Shown here piece after piece: positions 44,297-54,919 of a DNA stretch of 64,000 nt (positions within the stretch are counted from its first letter, which is position 1; every line of letters starts with the position of its first letter). The stretch lies in IMG/VR virus record IMGVR_UViG_3300042566_000478, positions 1-64,000 of that record, one strand, 5' to 3'. The notes under the pieces are model-generated. The model saw only the letters and a program-made list of their open reading frames with translations, ran no database searches and was not told the origin of the DNA. The stretch is from a virus. A program made the position numbers and the translations under genes.

Positions 44297-46425
44297 TACA
44301 TACCTACTGACTTAAAGAAAGAAACACCTTCACCAGATACGTTTGCACCTGCACCAGTTATATCACGATAGCCACCGTTATTCCATGCGTAAAACCATTC
44401 ATTGTTATCCATAAAAGCATTATGAACTTCAACTGTTTGTTTTTTATAGTGCCAGTCGTACAAAAATATTGACTGTCCTGGCATCACATCATCTTCAATT
44501 CTCCAACGAATACCTAATTCAACAGTAAACTTGTCTTGTTCAAACGGTTTAAGCAGTGTTCCTGCTGTGATGTCTGTTCTATTTGTAGTATCAAATGTCC
44601 AGTCAGTACCCTCACCTTCGGTAAAAAACCACCGATTAGTGGATGTTCCACCTTTGTTGGTGTGCATCAGGTCTTGACCAAATCTTCCAGTATCTGCTGT
44701 GGCTAACTGACCCTCTACCTTAAACACCCACGGGTCTTTTTCAGTTCCCCATTGGGCAAAATCGGTTGAAGATTGTTTTGGTGGTGCTCCTGGTTTATAG
44801 ATGTAACTTCCAGGTGCATCAGCAACGAATGTTTGACGAGTCTTTGCAGTTCCATTTGTATTTACTACGTGGGAATCCCAGTATATTTTTAACACTCCAT
44901 CCCAATAAAAACTAAAGTTCTTTCCCTCACTCTTCCATTGGTTTATCCAGTCTTCACCGTTTTTACCAATGCGTGTTTCTTCACTTATCCAAAACATTAC
45001 TGATGCTTCATCTGTCTGTTCAAACAAATGTTTAAACAAAAGAGCAGGTTGTTCTGGTCCACTTGGTGCGGGTGGTATTTGTGTGTATAGATACTTACCG
45101 TTTCTAGGTACGTGGTTTATAGAATAAATTCTGTTAAAGAAGTCTTTTTTCTTTAACAAGTCATCGTATTCTTTATACCTATCAAACTCAGGAGTGTTTG
45201 GAGATGGTGTTGTTACAATTGGTGCATTATTATCACCAACACCAATGTCTGGCAACTGAGTAAGGAACGTGTTCTGTTGAGCAAAGCCCATGTACAAAGC
45301 CTGCATTTGAATCATTACAGTTGCTTGTGTTGGAATCATGTCAGAAGAGAACTTATTAAACGTAACTTGAATTGATTGGACAAATCCTTCAACCATCATC
45401 CACTTAGTAAATAGAATACGAACAGGTGTAGGTGTAAGAAATGCTTTGTTACCAATGTTCATTGAGTATGCGTTATACCTATTTTGGTCAATTTTCTTAG
45501 TGTCTTCACCCGTTGGGTTAGTTGGAGAACTAGGTGAGTCTTTAGAAAATCCCCACTTGTTGCCAGCAGCATCAGCCTCTTGCTCACTTTGTATGGCATT
45601 ATAAATATCTTTTGCAAGACCTTGACCAATAACGTCATCCAAAATTAAAATGTCAGCGAGTACACCAATACGTGTTACCCATGAAGGGTCATATGGTTTT
45701 GATGGGTCTAAATAATCTATTGTGTTTGTTATGTTTTCTCTAAAGTTTGCTTTTACTGTTTTATCCCCAACAAGGTATCTTTGTGAGGCAACCTCTGCTT
45801 CTCGGTTAAACAAAAGTTCAAAAGCAAAACCAGCCTTACCAGGAATTGGTTGGGCTAACTGAGATGGGTCTTGGTTAAAGAAGAACTGCATATCGCTTTC
45901 AGCAGTAACCATTCTTGTAATGTTGTCAGGGTTAAATTGAAAGTTACATTTCATATTTCTAATTGTTGAAGCAGTTGACTTACCAGTAGTCTGCGCTTGT
46001 TTATTTTCTTTATCGTAAAACTCAGTAAGTCTACGAATATAACCACGTTCTACTGTTACTGTTTTATTGTTTACCGCATCACGATTTGTGTAACCTGGAT
46101 AAATAAATCTAGGGTTTTGGATACCACCATTAGGGGTATTCCATGATTTGTTTAAAGCACTGTTTGGGTCATAGTCATAAGCACCTTTTAATGACGAGTC
46201 AGGTCCGTCAGCAGTAGTACCAGTACTAGATGTAACACCAAAACCACTTCTACCGTTAGCGTCAGTACGTTTAATAGCACCAGCCGATGCCTGTTTTTTA
46301 GTATTGACTTTTACTATTGGAGTATTAACATTTGCATTCAAAGTTTGCAAACGAACTTGTTGCGCTTTTTTAGAAGCATAAGCATCAGCCTTTGCTCGTG
46401 CTTCTGGGCTATTTTCTCCAGCCAT
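44296..46425 (-). CDS. tail tube initiator-like protein with C-terminal extension
   Basis: FQFNPDNI, FELLFNR, F..DMIP; follows tape measure. Confidence 0.6.
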   Translation of the reverse strand: MAGENSPEARAKADAYASKKAQQVRLQTLNANVNTPIVKVNTKKQASAGAIKRTDANGRSGFGVTSSTGTTADGPDSSLKGAYDYDPNSALNKSWNTPNGGIQNPRFIYPGYTNRDAVNNKTVTVERGYIRRLTEFYDKENKQAQTTGKSTASTIRNMKCNFQFNPDNITRMVTAESDMQFFFNQDPSQLAQPIPGKAGFAFELLFNREAEVASQRYLVGDKTVKANFRENITNTIDYLDPSKPYDPSWVTRIGVLADILILDDVIGQGLAKDIYNAIQSEQEADAAGNKWGFSKDSPSSPTNPTGEDTKKIDQNRYNAYSMNIGNKAFLTPTPVRILFTKWMMVEGFVQSIQVTFNKFSSDMIPTQATVMIQMQALYMGFAQQNTFLTQLPDIGVGDNNAPIVTTPSPNTPEFDRYKEYDDLLKKKDFFNRIYSINHVPRNGKYLYTQIPPAPSGPEQPALLFKHLFEQTDEASVMFWISEETRIGKNGEDWINQWKSEGKNFSFYWDGVLKIYWDSHVVNTNGTAKTRQTFVADAPGSYIYKPGAPPKQSSTDFAQWGTEKDPWVFKVEGQLATADTGRFGQDLMHTNKGGTSTNRWFFTEGEGTDWTFDTTNRTDITAGTLLKPFEQDKFTVELGIRWRIEDDVMPGQSIFLYDWHYKKQTVEVHNAFMDNNEWFYAWNNGGYRDITGAGANVSGEGVSFFKSVGM

Positions 46426-49190
46426 TATTTACTCCTCAACAATTCTCTACGTAATTCTTTGTCTAGCATTTGGGCAATTTGATGAGCCATTGCTCGTGCA
46501 TCTTGAACATTGTTACCAGTAGATGTCACGTGAATAGTTGGCGCAATAGTCACATTAGTTCCACCAGTAACGGTCAAGTTACTGGTTCCACCACGAGTAG
46601 GTGAACTAAATTGTGGGTCACCACGATTAAGCCCAAGTTCTGCTACGGCTGCTTGAGCCTTTGGCATCCACTCCGATGTTCTTGCCATTGGTCCACCTTC
46701 TGTGTTCCAAGGTGTGTAGTTGCCACCACCAAACTCCAAACGTGCAGCCTTGATATTTGTTAGTGGGTCCCAAAGTTCTTCATCGTTAGAAATACCATAA
46801 CGCTTTCTACGAACAGTACCCATAGGGTTTGTTGGTGTATCAAGCATATTGATTTGGAAAAGGCCATATGACTTATCTGGTGGTTTACCGTTGAACACTC
46901 CAGGAATCCAGTTAGATTCACGACCAGCAATAGCAAGCATGTTTACTAAGTCTTGTCCTTTAAACCCACGCTTGTACATCATCTGAGCAATTGTTCGTGG
47001 GTCCATTGCCTTCATGCTTCTAGTACCCTTTGGTGGCGGTGTACTTGACACACGTGTTTGTGACACACCATTGACACTTGGGGATGATGAAGAACCAGTA
47101 GAAGTGTCATACATAACGTGGTTTACACCCATAGCAGAAACTTGGTCAGATAAAGACATGCCTTGGAGGTTTACATAACCACTTCCTTCTACTCCTCCAG
47201 CAGAAACATATTTGTCACCAACAAAGTCAGGGCCAATTCCATCCCAACTACCTTTTTGTACACCAGCAGGAGTACCCCACGGTGAGCCTTGTTTTTCATA
47301 TTCATAGCGTGAGTTAGGGATGTCATTAGGTTGAATGTGCCATTTTTCTCCGTTGACATCTTTAAATGTCTTAAGACCAAACCGTGCTGCGTTAGCAACA
47401 ACCCAATCAAGGTCACCAACAAGGTCGGCAGCCAAACCAAGTTCGTGCATAGAACGACCTGGAGGTGCTGCTGGAGCACCTGTCATAAGTTTGTATTCTT
47501 TACCGTTCCAAGTAACATCGCCCTTGCTTCCATCTGTTACTTCTCTGTAGCGAGAGTTAAACAGTTGGCTTTGTGTTTCTTGACTACGGAAACCTTCACC
47601 AATACCTACGTTAGGGTTTTCTGCAAACATACGAAGTAATCGGTCTTTAAATGTTGCATTAAGTTTTCCAAACGTGGGAACATTACCTAATGATGAAAGA
47701 GGTACACGGTTTCCTTTTCCGTAACCAACAGGAACACTCTTACCATTAGAGGCTGCTTGGTTTCCAGCAGAGCCTGGTTCAACAGCAGGGTCACCTCGGA
47801 ACATTGAGCCACCAAGCATTGTCATTGCCATTCCTAGTGGAAAGGTAGCAGGATTGCTCATGCTCATAGCACCAATTCCCATCAATGCTCCACCAATACC
47901 TTTTTCTACCATCCCTCCTTTAAAGTCCATACGTTTTCCAATTAATGGAGAAAGTACTTCTTCAAGTTTTCCTAATGCTTTAGTTACAGCCTGAGTATTC
48001 TTTTCCATTTGTGCAAAGTTGTCAGACTGACGCTTATAGAAGTCTTCATCCCTTCCTTCTTTTGTTCGGGCAGTTTCTTCAGCCTGTGTAGCAAAGTTGT
48101 CTTCAATTCCCATCATCTTTCGTTGTGACTTTTTGGAAGGGTCATACATTCCCTTCCCACCCTTTTTCTGATACTGCACATTTGATTCTGCGTAATCAAG
48201 AACAAGGTCAACCATGTCTTCAGGAACACCAGATGCCAACAAACGAGCACGTGTGGCAGAACCTTGTTGACGAGCACCTGCCAACATCTTTTCGTTAGTA
48301 AGACCAGTACGTTGTGTAATGTCCTTGATTACTTGGTCCATTGACCGTTGTTGCCCACCAGGGCCATAAAGACCAGTACCAAGCATCATGGTCATTCGGT
48401 TGTTTACTTGAGCAGAACCAAGTGTTTGAGCCATTGATGCCATATCACCTGTGCTCAATGAGTAACCAGATACTGCACGAAGACCTGCCATACCTGCGGC
48501 ATTCTTTTGGGCATCAATACCAGTGCTTGCCTGCAACGCAAGAAGTTCGTTAATACCGCCGTATCCTAAACGCTCACCTTGTAGAGGTTTACGCATTTGA
48601 TGGTAGTACTGGTTTTGAGTAATACCCATGCGCTGTTGGTAGGACACAGCCAGTTTGTCAGCGCTTAATGAACGGTCATAGTTAGAAGTAATACGGTTAT
48701 CTAATGCTTGAATAGCAGCATTAACAGCAGTTAATGCTTGTGCTGTCCTAAGACCCTTAACTGGTGTTAGTCCTCCCCCGTCACCATCACCGCCACGACC
48801 ACCACCACCACCAATGATTATGGTGTGGCCTTTAGCGCTTTGAATTGCGTTGGCTGCTGAAGCGTCATTGATTACTGAGCCAGTTAATGCAGGTACTGGG
48901 TTGTCTGGGATAGCACCAGTTGCTGGGTTTGCGCCTCCACCAGCGCCAAGAGCCCCAGGATTAATCTTAGAAATACCTTGAAGAAGTTTTAGTGTCTTCT
49001 CTAACTTGGTATTAATGTTTGGGAGTTGTTGGTTAAGATACTGGAAGGAGGCTTTCATCTCCTTGATACCAGCACTTATTTTATTAAACTCAGTTGTATC
49101 TAATTTGAAGCGAGCACGAACGTCAGCAGTAGCACTGCCTTTAGGGATACCCTTACCGTTGCCTGAGAGGTCAGGTTCGTTCTTAGCCAT
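46425..49190 (-). CDS. tape measure protein with M15 peptidase and lytic transglycosylase domains
   Basis: helical N-half; GFRS..Q, PPGRSMHELGLAADL, EKWH; IAGRES, SYGLFQIN. Confidence 0.85.
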   Translation of the reverse strand: MAKNEPDLSGNGKGIPKGSATADVRARFKLDTTEFNKISAGIKEMKASFQYLNQQLPNINTKLEKTLKLLQGISKINPGALGAGGGANPATGAIPDNPVPALTGSVINDASAANAIQSAKGHTIIIGGGGGRGGDGDGGGLTPVKGLRTAQALTAVNAAIQALDNRITSNYDRSLSADKLAVSYQQRMGITQNQYYHQMRKPLQGERLGYGGINELLALQASTGIDAQKNAAGMAGLRAVSGYSLSTGDMASMAQTLGSAQVNNRMTMMLGTGLYGPGGQQRSMDQVIKDITQRTGLTNEKMLAGARQQGSATRARLLASGVPEDMVDLVLDYAESNVQYQKKGGKGMYDPSKKSQRKMMGIEDNFATQAEETARTKEGRDEDFYKRQSDNFAQMEKNTQAVTKALGKLEEVLSPLIGKRMDFKGGMVEKGIGGALMGIGAMSMSNPATFPLGMAMTMLGGSMFRGDPAVEPGSAGNQAASNGKSVPVGYGKGNRVPLSSLGNVPTFGKLNATFKDRLLRMFAENPNVGIGEGFRSQETQSQLFNSRYREVTDGSKGDVTWNGKEYKLMTGAPAAPPGRSMHELGLAADLVGDLDWVVANAARFGLKTFKDVNGEKWHIQPNDIPNSRYEYEKQGSPWGTPAGVQKGSWDGIGPDFVGDKYVSAGGVEGSGYVNLQGMSLSDQVSAMGVNHVMYDTSTGSSSSPSVNGVSQTRVSSTPPPKGTRSMKAMDPRTIAQMMYKRGFKGQDLVNMLAIAGRESNWIPGVFNGKPPDKSYGLFQINMLDTPTNPMGTVRRKRYGISNDEELWDPLTNIKAARLEFGGGNYTPWNTEGGPMARTSEWMPKAQAAVAELGLNRGDPQFSSPTRGGTSNLTVTGGTNVTIAPTIHVTSTGNNVQDARAMAHQIAQMLDKELRRELLRSK

Positions 49191-49192
49191 GA

Positions 49193-49342
49193 TTACTCCT
49201 GTTTACGCCATTTGCTCATTGCTGACCAATACGCTCTTTGGCGTACTGTCATCGTCTTAATATCCTTGAGCGTGAAGCCCTTGTAAACCGTGGCAATCGT
49301 ATCGTACTCCCAATATAGTACTACTAAATCAGCCGAATAAAA
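49193..49342 (-). CDS. frameshift-accessed C-terminal extension of tail assembly chaperone
   Basis: YWEY..IA..YKGFTLKDIKTMTVRQRAYW; no good independent start; +1 frame relative to upstream gene. Confidence 0.6.
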   Translation of the reverse strand, partial: FYSADLVVLYWEYDTIATVYKGFTLKDIKTMTVRQRAYWSAMSKWRKQE

Positions 49343-50123
49343 GTGCGGCCCAGTTGAGCATGATTGGGAATGGTTGCTCGCAATGGGCGCAGAGGGCTTC
49401 CACCTCCTTGATTTCTGGCCCTGGTTGTGCTTCAGATAGTGCTTCAACAATCTTTGCTCGGTCTTTCATACCCAATTTTTTAGCCCATGCAACAGGGTCA
49501 GCAGGCTTTTTACCTTCTTCCCAAACAGCACAACGAGCAATTAAAAACGTATTTTGCTCAGGAATGCTTCTTGCTTTTAGTCCTACAAACTGACTGTCAC
49601 TTGCAGTAACAAGATTGAACTGCATAATTGTTCCATCTTTTAGAGTTACCTTAAGCGGTTCCTTTGGGTCTTTATCTGACTTCTTTACTGGGAAGTCATT
49701 CAAGTCAATTTGTACATCGTTTGATTTAACGCAATGTGGGCAAATAATTTGGTATTCACGAAAGATTCCGTAAGTAGCACGAACTGTTTCCAAAAATAAA
49801 GCATCTCGGTCACCAATAATTAGGTTGTCAACCAACCCTGGATTCTTTGTAATGTCTATATTTCCAATGGAAACAACACTGCGCTTGAGCAGATGGGACA
49901 TGTACTGTGCGTACAAAAGGTCGTCATCAGACTCAAGCGCAGCAAGTGCTTCTTCGTCTTCACCGTTTAATTCTTTTACAAATGCAGTTGTTTCCCACTC
50001 CCCTGTTTCCTGGTTTTTAAGTCCACGAAACAGTTCAATTTTTCCGTATGGAACTATTTCCATACGGGGTGTTGGGTCAGTAATTGCAGCGTTAAGCGAC
50101 ATTGCTTGTGCGTTGTTATCCAT
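49329..50123 (-). CDS. tail assembly chaperone (T4 gp26-like, CxxC motifs)
   Basis: ELNGEDEE, LIIGDRD..F, CPHC, CAHC; between tube and tape measure. Confidence 0.75.
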   Translation of the reverse strand: MDNNAQAMSLNAAITDPTPRMEIVPYGKIELFRGLKNQETGEWETTAFVKELNGEDEEALAALESDDDLLYAQYMSHLLKRSVVSIGNIDITKNPGLVDNLIIGDRDALFLETVRATYGIFREYQIICPHCVKSNDVQIDLNDFPVKKSDKDPKEPLKVTLKDGTIMQFNLVTASDSQFVGLKARSIPEQNTFLIARCAVWEEGKKPADPVAWAKKLGMKDRAKIVEALSEAQPGPEIKEVEALCAHCEQPFPIMLNWAALLFG

Positions 50124-50164
50124 GTTTTCTCCTACTTGTATTTTTTTTAATTACTTAAGTTTAA

Positions 50165-50800
50165 TTATGCTAGCAGTGCCTGCTCACCAGTCAATGCAGA
50201 GATTTCTTCAGGTTGCCATGCAATTTGGAAACCCTCATGGTGAAGGTTCATTTGCTGAATCATAATTCCGTTGTCTCCAGCGTTCAGGTCACTTAGACCG
50301 TATGCACCAGGCCAGCAGTTGTACAACCTAAATGCCAACTTTACGTTTCCTGGTATTACGTTTCTGTCTGCTGTGTTGTCGTACTGGTACTGAACACCAG
50401 ATGCTGTGTATGGGTGGTCGTAAACTTTAACGGTTACGTCACAACGGTAGTTAGTTTCGTCACCCTTAGCACCTTGGTCAAAACCTTCTGTACCTGTTCC
50501 ACCAACCCATGCATGCATGAACTTGGTCCACTTCCAAAGTTGGTCTTGTGACGCAAAAGCACCACGAGCAAATGACACTGCTGGGAAGTCTGACTGCCCA
50601 ACCATCTTGTGTGGGTGAGTATTCATCCCACCTTCACGGTAAGCAATCAGTTCGTTCTGAACTGAGAGTCCACCTACTTGAGCAAAGCCAAGGTCACCAA
50701 TACCAGTTAGGTAGTTAGTCAAGGCTGGACCAATAGGTGTAAAGCGTACTGTGAATTTAAAGTTGCGTAGAGGGTCGGTCCTCTGTGTTCTTGTTGCCAT
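50165..50800 (-). CDS. tail tube protein (T4 gp19-like)
   Basis: DPLRNFKF, GF..VGGL, YREGG, NCWP, SDLNAG, HEG. Confidence 0.9.
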   Translation of the reverse strand: MATRTQRTDPLRNFKFTVRFTPIGPALTNYLTGIGDLGFAQVGGLSVQNELIAYREGGMNTHPHKMVGQSDFPAVSFARGAFASQDQLWKWTKFMHAWVGGTGTEGFDQGAKGDETNYRCDVTVKVYDHPYTASGVQYQYDNTADRNVIPGNVKLAFRLYNCWPGAYGLSDLNAGDNGIMIQQMNLHHEGFQIAWQPEEISALTGEQALLA

Positions 50801-50809
50801 TGATATCTC

Positions 50810-52357
50810 CTAGATATTCGTGGTGACGGTGCTTCCACCAGTCCATTGACTGATGGTGATTACGATGAATTCGGCTGGTGACTGCAATGCAACTCCAACC
50901 TCAATGTTTACTGTTCCGTTTTCAATATCGTTTTGCGTGTTGTTAGTTGAGTTACAACGGACAAAGAATGCTTCCGTTGAAGTACGGCCCTTCAAACCAC
51001 CTGAAGCCCAGAAGGTGTTCAGGAGTGAAGAAACACGCACCGTAAGGTCTGCCCACAAACGCTCATCGTTTGGTTCAAACAAAGCGCTTTGAGTGCTTTC
51101 CTTAAGAAGGTCCTTAAGGTAATTAAGTGAACGGCGAACTGTGATGTACTTCTCAGAAGTATTACGTGCCAAGGTGCGAGAACCATTGATAATTACTCCA
51201 ACGCCTGGAACTACGTTAAAGAGGTTTAATTGGCTATCCTTGTACAAGTTACCTTGTTCGGTTTCTGTAAGGTTTGCTACCAAACCATACACGTTTCGGA
51301 TGTCCAAACTATAGCCAGCAGGTGCTTTAGCAACACCACGGGTTACTTCTGAACGAACCATTGCACCAAGAACCGCACCACCTGGGTAGGTATTGCGGAT
51401 AGCGGCAGCACCAGTTTTTGTTGGGTCAAACATTTTCATTGCTGGACCGTAAACTGCTGCGAAACCAGACTTGGTGTAAGGCTGTACTGCGTCAGCAAGT
51501 GCTTGCTTGTTTGTTGCGTTTAGTGGGGTATCAACAATCAACAACGAGTTTCCACGAGTTGACATCACCGTAATGGCATTGTTAATAATTGTTGATGAGG
51601 TTTGCCCAACAAGGTTAAACAAGAGTCCCGATGTAATGGTTTCGTGACGGGTAAGAGCAGTAGCCCAATCAACGGAATCAATTGCACCCACTCCCTCAGA
51701 ACCGTTGGAGAACGTAGTAGTTGTTACGTAGTCATCAACACCAATACCAGTTACGGTAAGAGTTGCATTGCTAGCCACAGTTGCTACAGTTGAAGCACTA
51801 ACATATGACGAGTAAAGGTCAAGAACGGTTGAAACATAACGGTAGTTAGCAGGGTCAACAGAAAGATTTGACCAGCGTTCTACTTCGCTACCATCAAGTT
51901 TAACTGTCAAAGTAAACAGCGAATTCTTGGTAATCTTCGGTGCTGATGACAGGTCTGTCAGTGTTTCTGTGTCAAAGGTGTAATCAACAGACAAGTCATT
52001 ACCCCAGGTTCCAGGTGATTTGGTAATCAAGAGGATAAGGTTTGCACTACTTCCACCAGTTGGCGTTGCTGTCAAGGCGCTGTAAGCGTATGTTGACGTT
52101 GCATCAATTACACGGGTAACATAGGCTGCTTGACCACCGTTTGCAAAGTAGTGGTAGACAGCATAACCAAGGTCGTAGTTGATGTCTAATGCACCAAACA
52201 AACTGGTGTACTGTGACCATGTAGTCACAAGGGTTGGTGTCGTTGGTCCACGCTCTGCTGTGCCAATAAATGCAGCAGAAGTAGGTCCATTCGCAGTTGT
52301 CAAATTGGTTGCAAACGTACCTTCCTGTACGTAAACTCCTGGGCGTTCGTATGCCAT
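50810..52357 (-). CDS. tail sheath protein
   Basis: RPGVYVQE, GVAKAPAG, GSRTL, YITVRR, FEPNDERLW, PAEFIVI. Confidence 0.95.
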   Translation of the reverse strand: MAYERPGVYVQEGTFATNLTTANGPTSAAFIGTAERGPTTPTLVTTWSQYTSLFGALDINYDLGYAVYHYFANGGQAAYVTRVIDATSTYAYSALTATPTGGSSANLILLITKSPGTWGNDLSVDYTFDTETLTDLSSAPKITKNSLFTLTVKLDGSEVERWSNLSVDPANYRYVSTVLDLYSSYVSASTVATVASNATLTVTGIGVDDYVTTTTFSNGSEGVGAIDSVDWATALTRHETITSGLLFNLVGQTSSTIINNAITVMSTRGNSLLIVDTPLNATNKQALADAVQPYTKSGFAAVYGPAMKMFDPTKTGAAAIRNTYPGGAVLGAMVRSEVTRGVAKAPAGYSLDIRNVYGLVANLTETEQGNLYKDSQLNLFNVVPGVGVIINGSRTLARNTSEKYITVRRSLNYLKDLLKESTQSALFEPNDERLWADLTVRVSSLLNTFWASGGLKGRTSTEAFFVRCNSTNNTQNDIENGTVNIEVGVALQSPAEFIVITISQWTGGSTVTTNI

Positions 52358-52393
52358 TATTACTCCTAAAGTGTAAAGGGGATTGGAAAAAAC

Positions 52394-53062
52394 TTACTCA
52401 TTGAAAACATGCAGTTGAGATGTAATTGTACTATTAATTTGGGTAACGGGTTCTGTACCTGTCAGAGCATCAAGGTCTTGACCTGTGATTTCTGCGGACA
52501 TTTTGAGAGTTAATACCTTACGGAATATGCGCTTTCGGTAACCCGATTCCATATCCAGCAAGTCTGCGTTGGTCCAGTCCAGCATGTCAAAACGGCGTAC
52601 CGTTCCGTCTGCTGGTATGTTTATGGAGTTCCAACGAAATGGGGCGACTTTTCTAATAATCCCAGAAGTCAATTGTCTGTCATGTAGGGCAGACCGTGTA
52701 TAAATAGATACCTGATAAAGCAGGTCTACTGGGATAAAGTCGTCAAAACTAAGGATGCTGGTGCTTGCTGAAACACTGGCGCTTTCGCTAGGCCAGTAGT
52801 CAATAAATGCAGGTCGGTCTTCATATAGACCACTACCTGTGGTGTCTATGTACGCACCTTGGTCAGACAACTGGCGTTCTGTAGCATGAAGAACGTCAAT
52901 AAGTTCTACCGTAATAAATGGGTAGTCTCGCTCTGTTTCTCCTTCTGGGTAACGGAAAAAGACCTTTACTGGGCGGCGTTCATTACGGTCATCGGTGACA
53001 TACAGCCCACTAAAACGTGCTTTAATAGCCTCGTCTTCGGCAAGGAGAAACCCAGTCCGCAT
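52394..53062 (-). CDS. tail terminator / completion protein
   Basis: YPFITVELID, PVDLLYQV; directly upstream of sheath. Confidence 0.6.
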   Translation of the reverse strand: MRTGFLLAEDEAIKARFSGLYVTDDRNERRPVKVFFRYPEGETERDYPFITVELIDVLHATERQLSDQGAYIDTTGSGLYEDRPAFIDYWPSESASVSASTSILSFDDFIPVDLLYQVSIYTRSALHDRQLTSGIIRKVAPFRWNSINIPADGTVRRFDMLDWTNADLLDMESGYRKRIFRKVLTLKMSAEITGQDLDALTGTEPVTQINSTITSQLHVFNE

Positions 53063-53484
53063 TAGTTCAACCCACCTTTTCCAGTGAGTTTGTCAAGTTT
53101 TTTGTTAAGGCTTAACTCTAAGCGTTTAGCACCCTTCATACATTCTTTGCGAAGAATGGATTGCGCTGGAGGACCATACTCTATTTGGACAGCCTTTGGT
53201 CCAGATTTACCATCAACCAAGTAGGAGATGGTTTCATCTGAGTTATTGTAATTAAGTTTAAAGTCTTTTACTAATGCTTTGTACTTAGGGTCACTTAACA
53301 CAAGACCTTCTTTGGCAATCTTATGCTCTTCGGCTAGGCTGGCGTTTACAGCGTCTTCAAGGTATTCCTGAAGGTTCATTATTAAATCACCAAAGAAAAG
53401 AATTGGGGAAGGGACACCTTCAATAATCTTTCTAGAACTGGAGACAGAAATAGGCGCAGATGCACGTTTGCCAACCATTGGCAC
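53062..53484 (-). CDS. hypothetical virion morphogenesis protein
   Basis: IEYG motif; position. Confidence 0.55.
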   Translation of the reverse strand: MPMVGKRASAPISVSSSRKIIEGVPSPILFFGDLIMNLQEYLEDAVNASLAEEHKIAKEGLVLSDPKYKALVKDFKLNYNNSDETISYLVDGKSGPKAVQIEYGPPAQSILRKECMKGAKRLELSLNKKLDKLTGKGGLN

Positions 53485-53528
53485 TCCTTAGTTCTAGGCG
53501 ATGTTTGCATGCCGCACGGCATACATAT

Positions 53529-54062
53529 TTAGTTTACCAGGAATGTTGGAAGCGTAGAAGGCCAAGGCAAATCATGGATTTCCATTTGTTCTGGACCTGG
53601 GTCGTTTGGCATTTCTTGGTCAACATAAACTTCAATACCTTCAACAACGATGAGCACATCATCTGTTGCACGACCACGAACACGGTACATAGATACAGCG
53701 TAGTAACGAGCATCATAAAAGAACATGTCATTTAAATGCCTCTGATACTCAAACGGTTCAGTCATACCAGCATCACGACAGTCTTCAATTGACAAAACAG
53801 CGTTGACAACCTGCACTGGTTGACGACCTTCTGGAATTGCTCGCTTGGTATCTTCAGTCTCAGTAATCATCAACACAGGTAGAGTTACCCCTGATTTATA
53901 TGCTTTACCACCAGAACCGTATGGCGCTTCATCGTAAACATCATCTATCACGCTGCCAGCGCCAAATGGTAGAAACTCAAACCACGTAATATGTTCACCT
54001 ACGCTGCGATGGTGCTTACGATACTGCTTCCGTATTTGTGCTAATTCTCTACGGGGGTCCAC
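53529..54062 (-). CDS. head-tail connector / stopper-like protein
   Basis: DDVYDE; position in head completion cluster. Confidence 0.55.
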   Translation of the reverse strand: MDPRRELAQIRKQYRKHHRSVGEHITWFEFLPFGAGSVIDDVYDEAPYGSGGKAYKSGVTLPVLMITETEDTKRAIPEGRQPVQVVNAVLSIEDCRDAGMTEPFEYQRHLNDMFFYDARYYAVSMYRVRGRATDDVLIVVEGIEVYVDQEMPNDPGPEQMEIHDLPWPSTLPTFLVN

Positions 54063-54065
54063 GGG

Positions 54066-54902
54066 TTACCAACCAGTAATCGGTGCGGTTGAATACCCTT
54101 GTTGAGGCTCAAGGTCAAGGTACACATCTTCACGAAGTGGTTCATCGTGGTCTTCAATCTTAATGTCGCCTGGGTTAATTTCAGGGAATTGTCTTTCTAT
54201 TGGACCGTAATCACCCAACTCACGTGCTTTATAAATCGGAACAAGGTATCCAGTTGTTCTAGAAACACGGCGAAGATTCATTATTTCAATGCGTTCAATA
54301 CCAATATTTAGAGCACGAGCCTGTGCTTGGTAGTTGCGAGTCCAGTAATCCAACATGGATTGAACCATTCGGAAACGCTGACTGGCAGGGATATGCACAG
54401 ACTCTGATGTCGTTACGTCAATGTCACGACTGTACTCAGTTAATAGACCCCACAAAGTTTCAACCACTGTACCCATACCAATTGTGTCTAAAACAATTGG
54501 GGCAACAAGTTCTAGTGGGGTGTCTAAGTTGTATGTATGTTGCTCAATAGAGTGACCAGCAAAGTACTCTAAGTCTTTTGGAAGAACCCATTCGTAATAA
54601 TAACCTTCTACCATTATCTTTGTAGTAGAAGAAAAAGAACGATTAAATCTTATAATCCCATTTCTATCATCCAGTGAATAGTATGTAGACGCAGATGTAT
54701 CGGATGTAATCTCAGTTGGGCTGCCGCCTGTTGGGTATGAGGCTATCCACAAAGAACTTTGTTCAATATTAGGGTTACCTAATTCATAGGTTCTACCCAC
54801 AGCGTCAAAAGATACCTGAAAGAATTTAGGGTAATCACGAAGATATGTGCGAGCAATCTCCACAATCTTTTCAACTATTGCGTGTGAGTGGTTAGCATGC
54901 AT
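54066..54902 (-). CDS. head-tail adaptor-like protein
   Basis: position; LRRVSRTTG.LVP.Y motif. Confidence 0.55.
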   Translation of the reverse strand: MHANHSHAIVEKIVEIARTYLRDYPKFFQVSFDAVGRTYELGNPNIEQSSLWIASYPTGGSPTEITSDTSASTYYSLDDRNGIIRFNRSFSSTTKIMVEGYYYEWVLPKDLEYFAGHSIEQHTYNLDTPLELVAPIVLDTIGMGTVVETLWGLLTEYSRDIDVTTSESVHIPASQRFRMVQSMLDYWTRNYQAQARALNIGIERIEIMNLRRVSRTTGYLVPIYKARELGDYGPIERQFPEINPGDIKIEDHDEPLREDVYLDLEPQQGYSTAPITGW

Positions 54903-54919
54903 AGATATAGTTTACTTTA

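Noticed and set aside
49329-49360. Canonical -1 slippery heptamer for the tail chaperone
   Set aside because: The downstream ORF is in the +1 frame and no XXXYYYZ heptamer is present.
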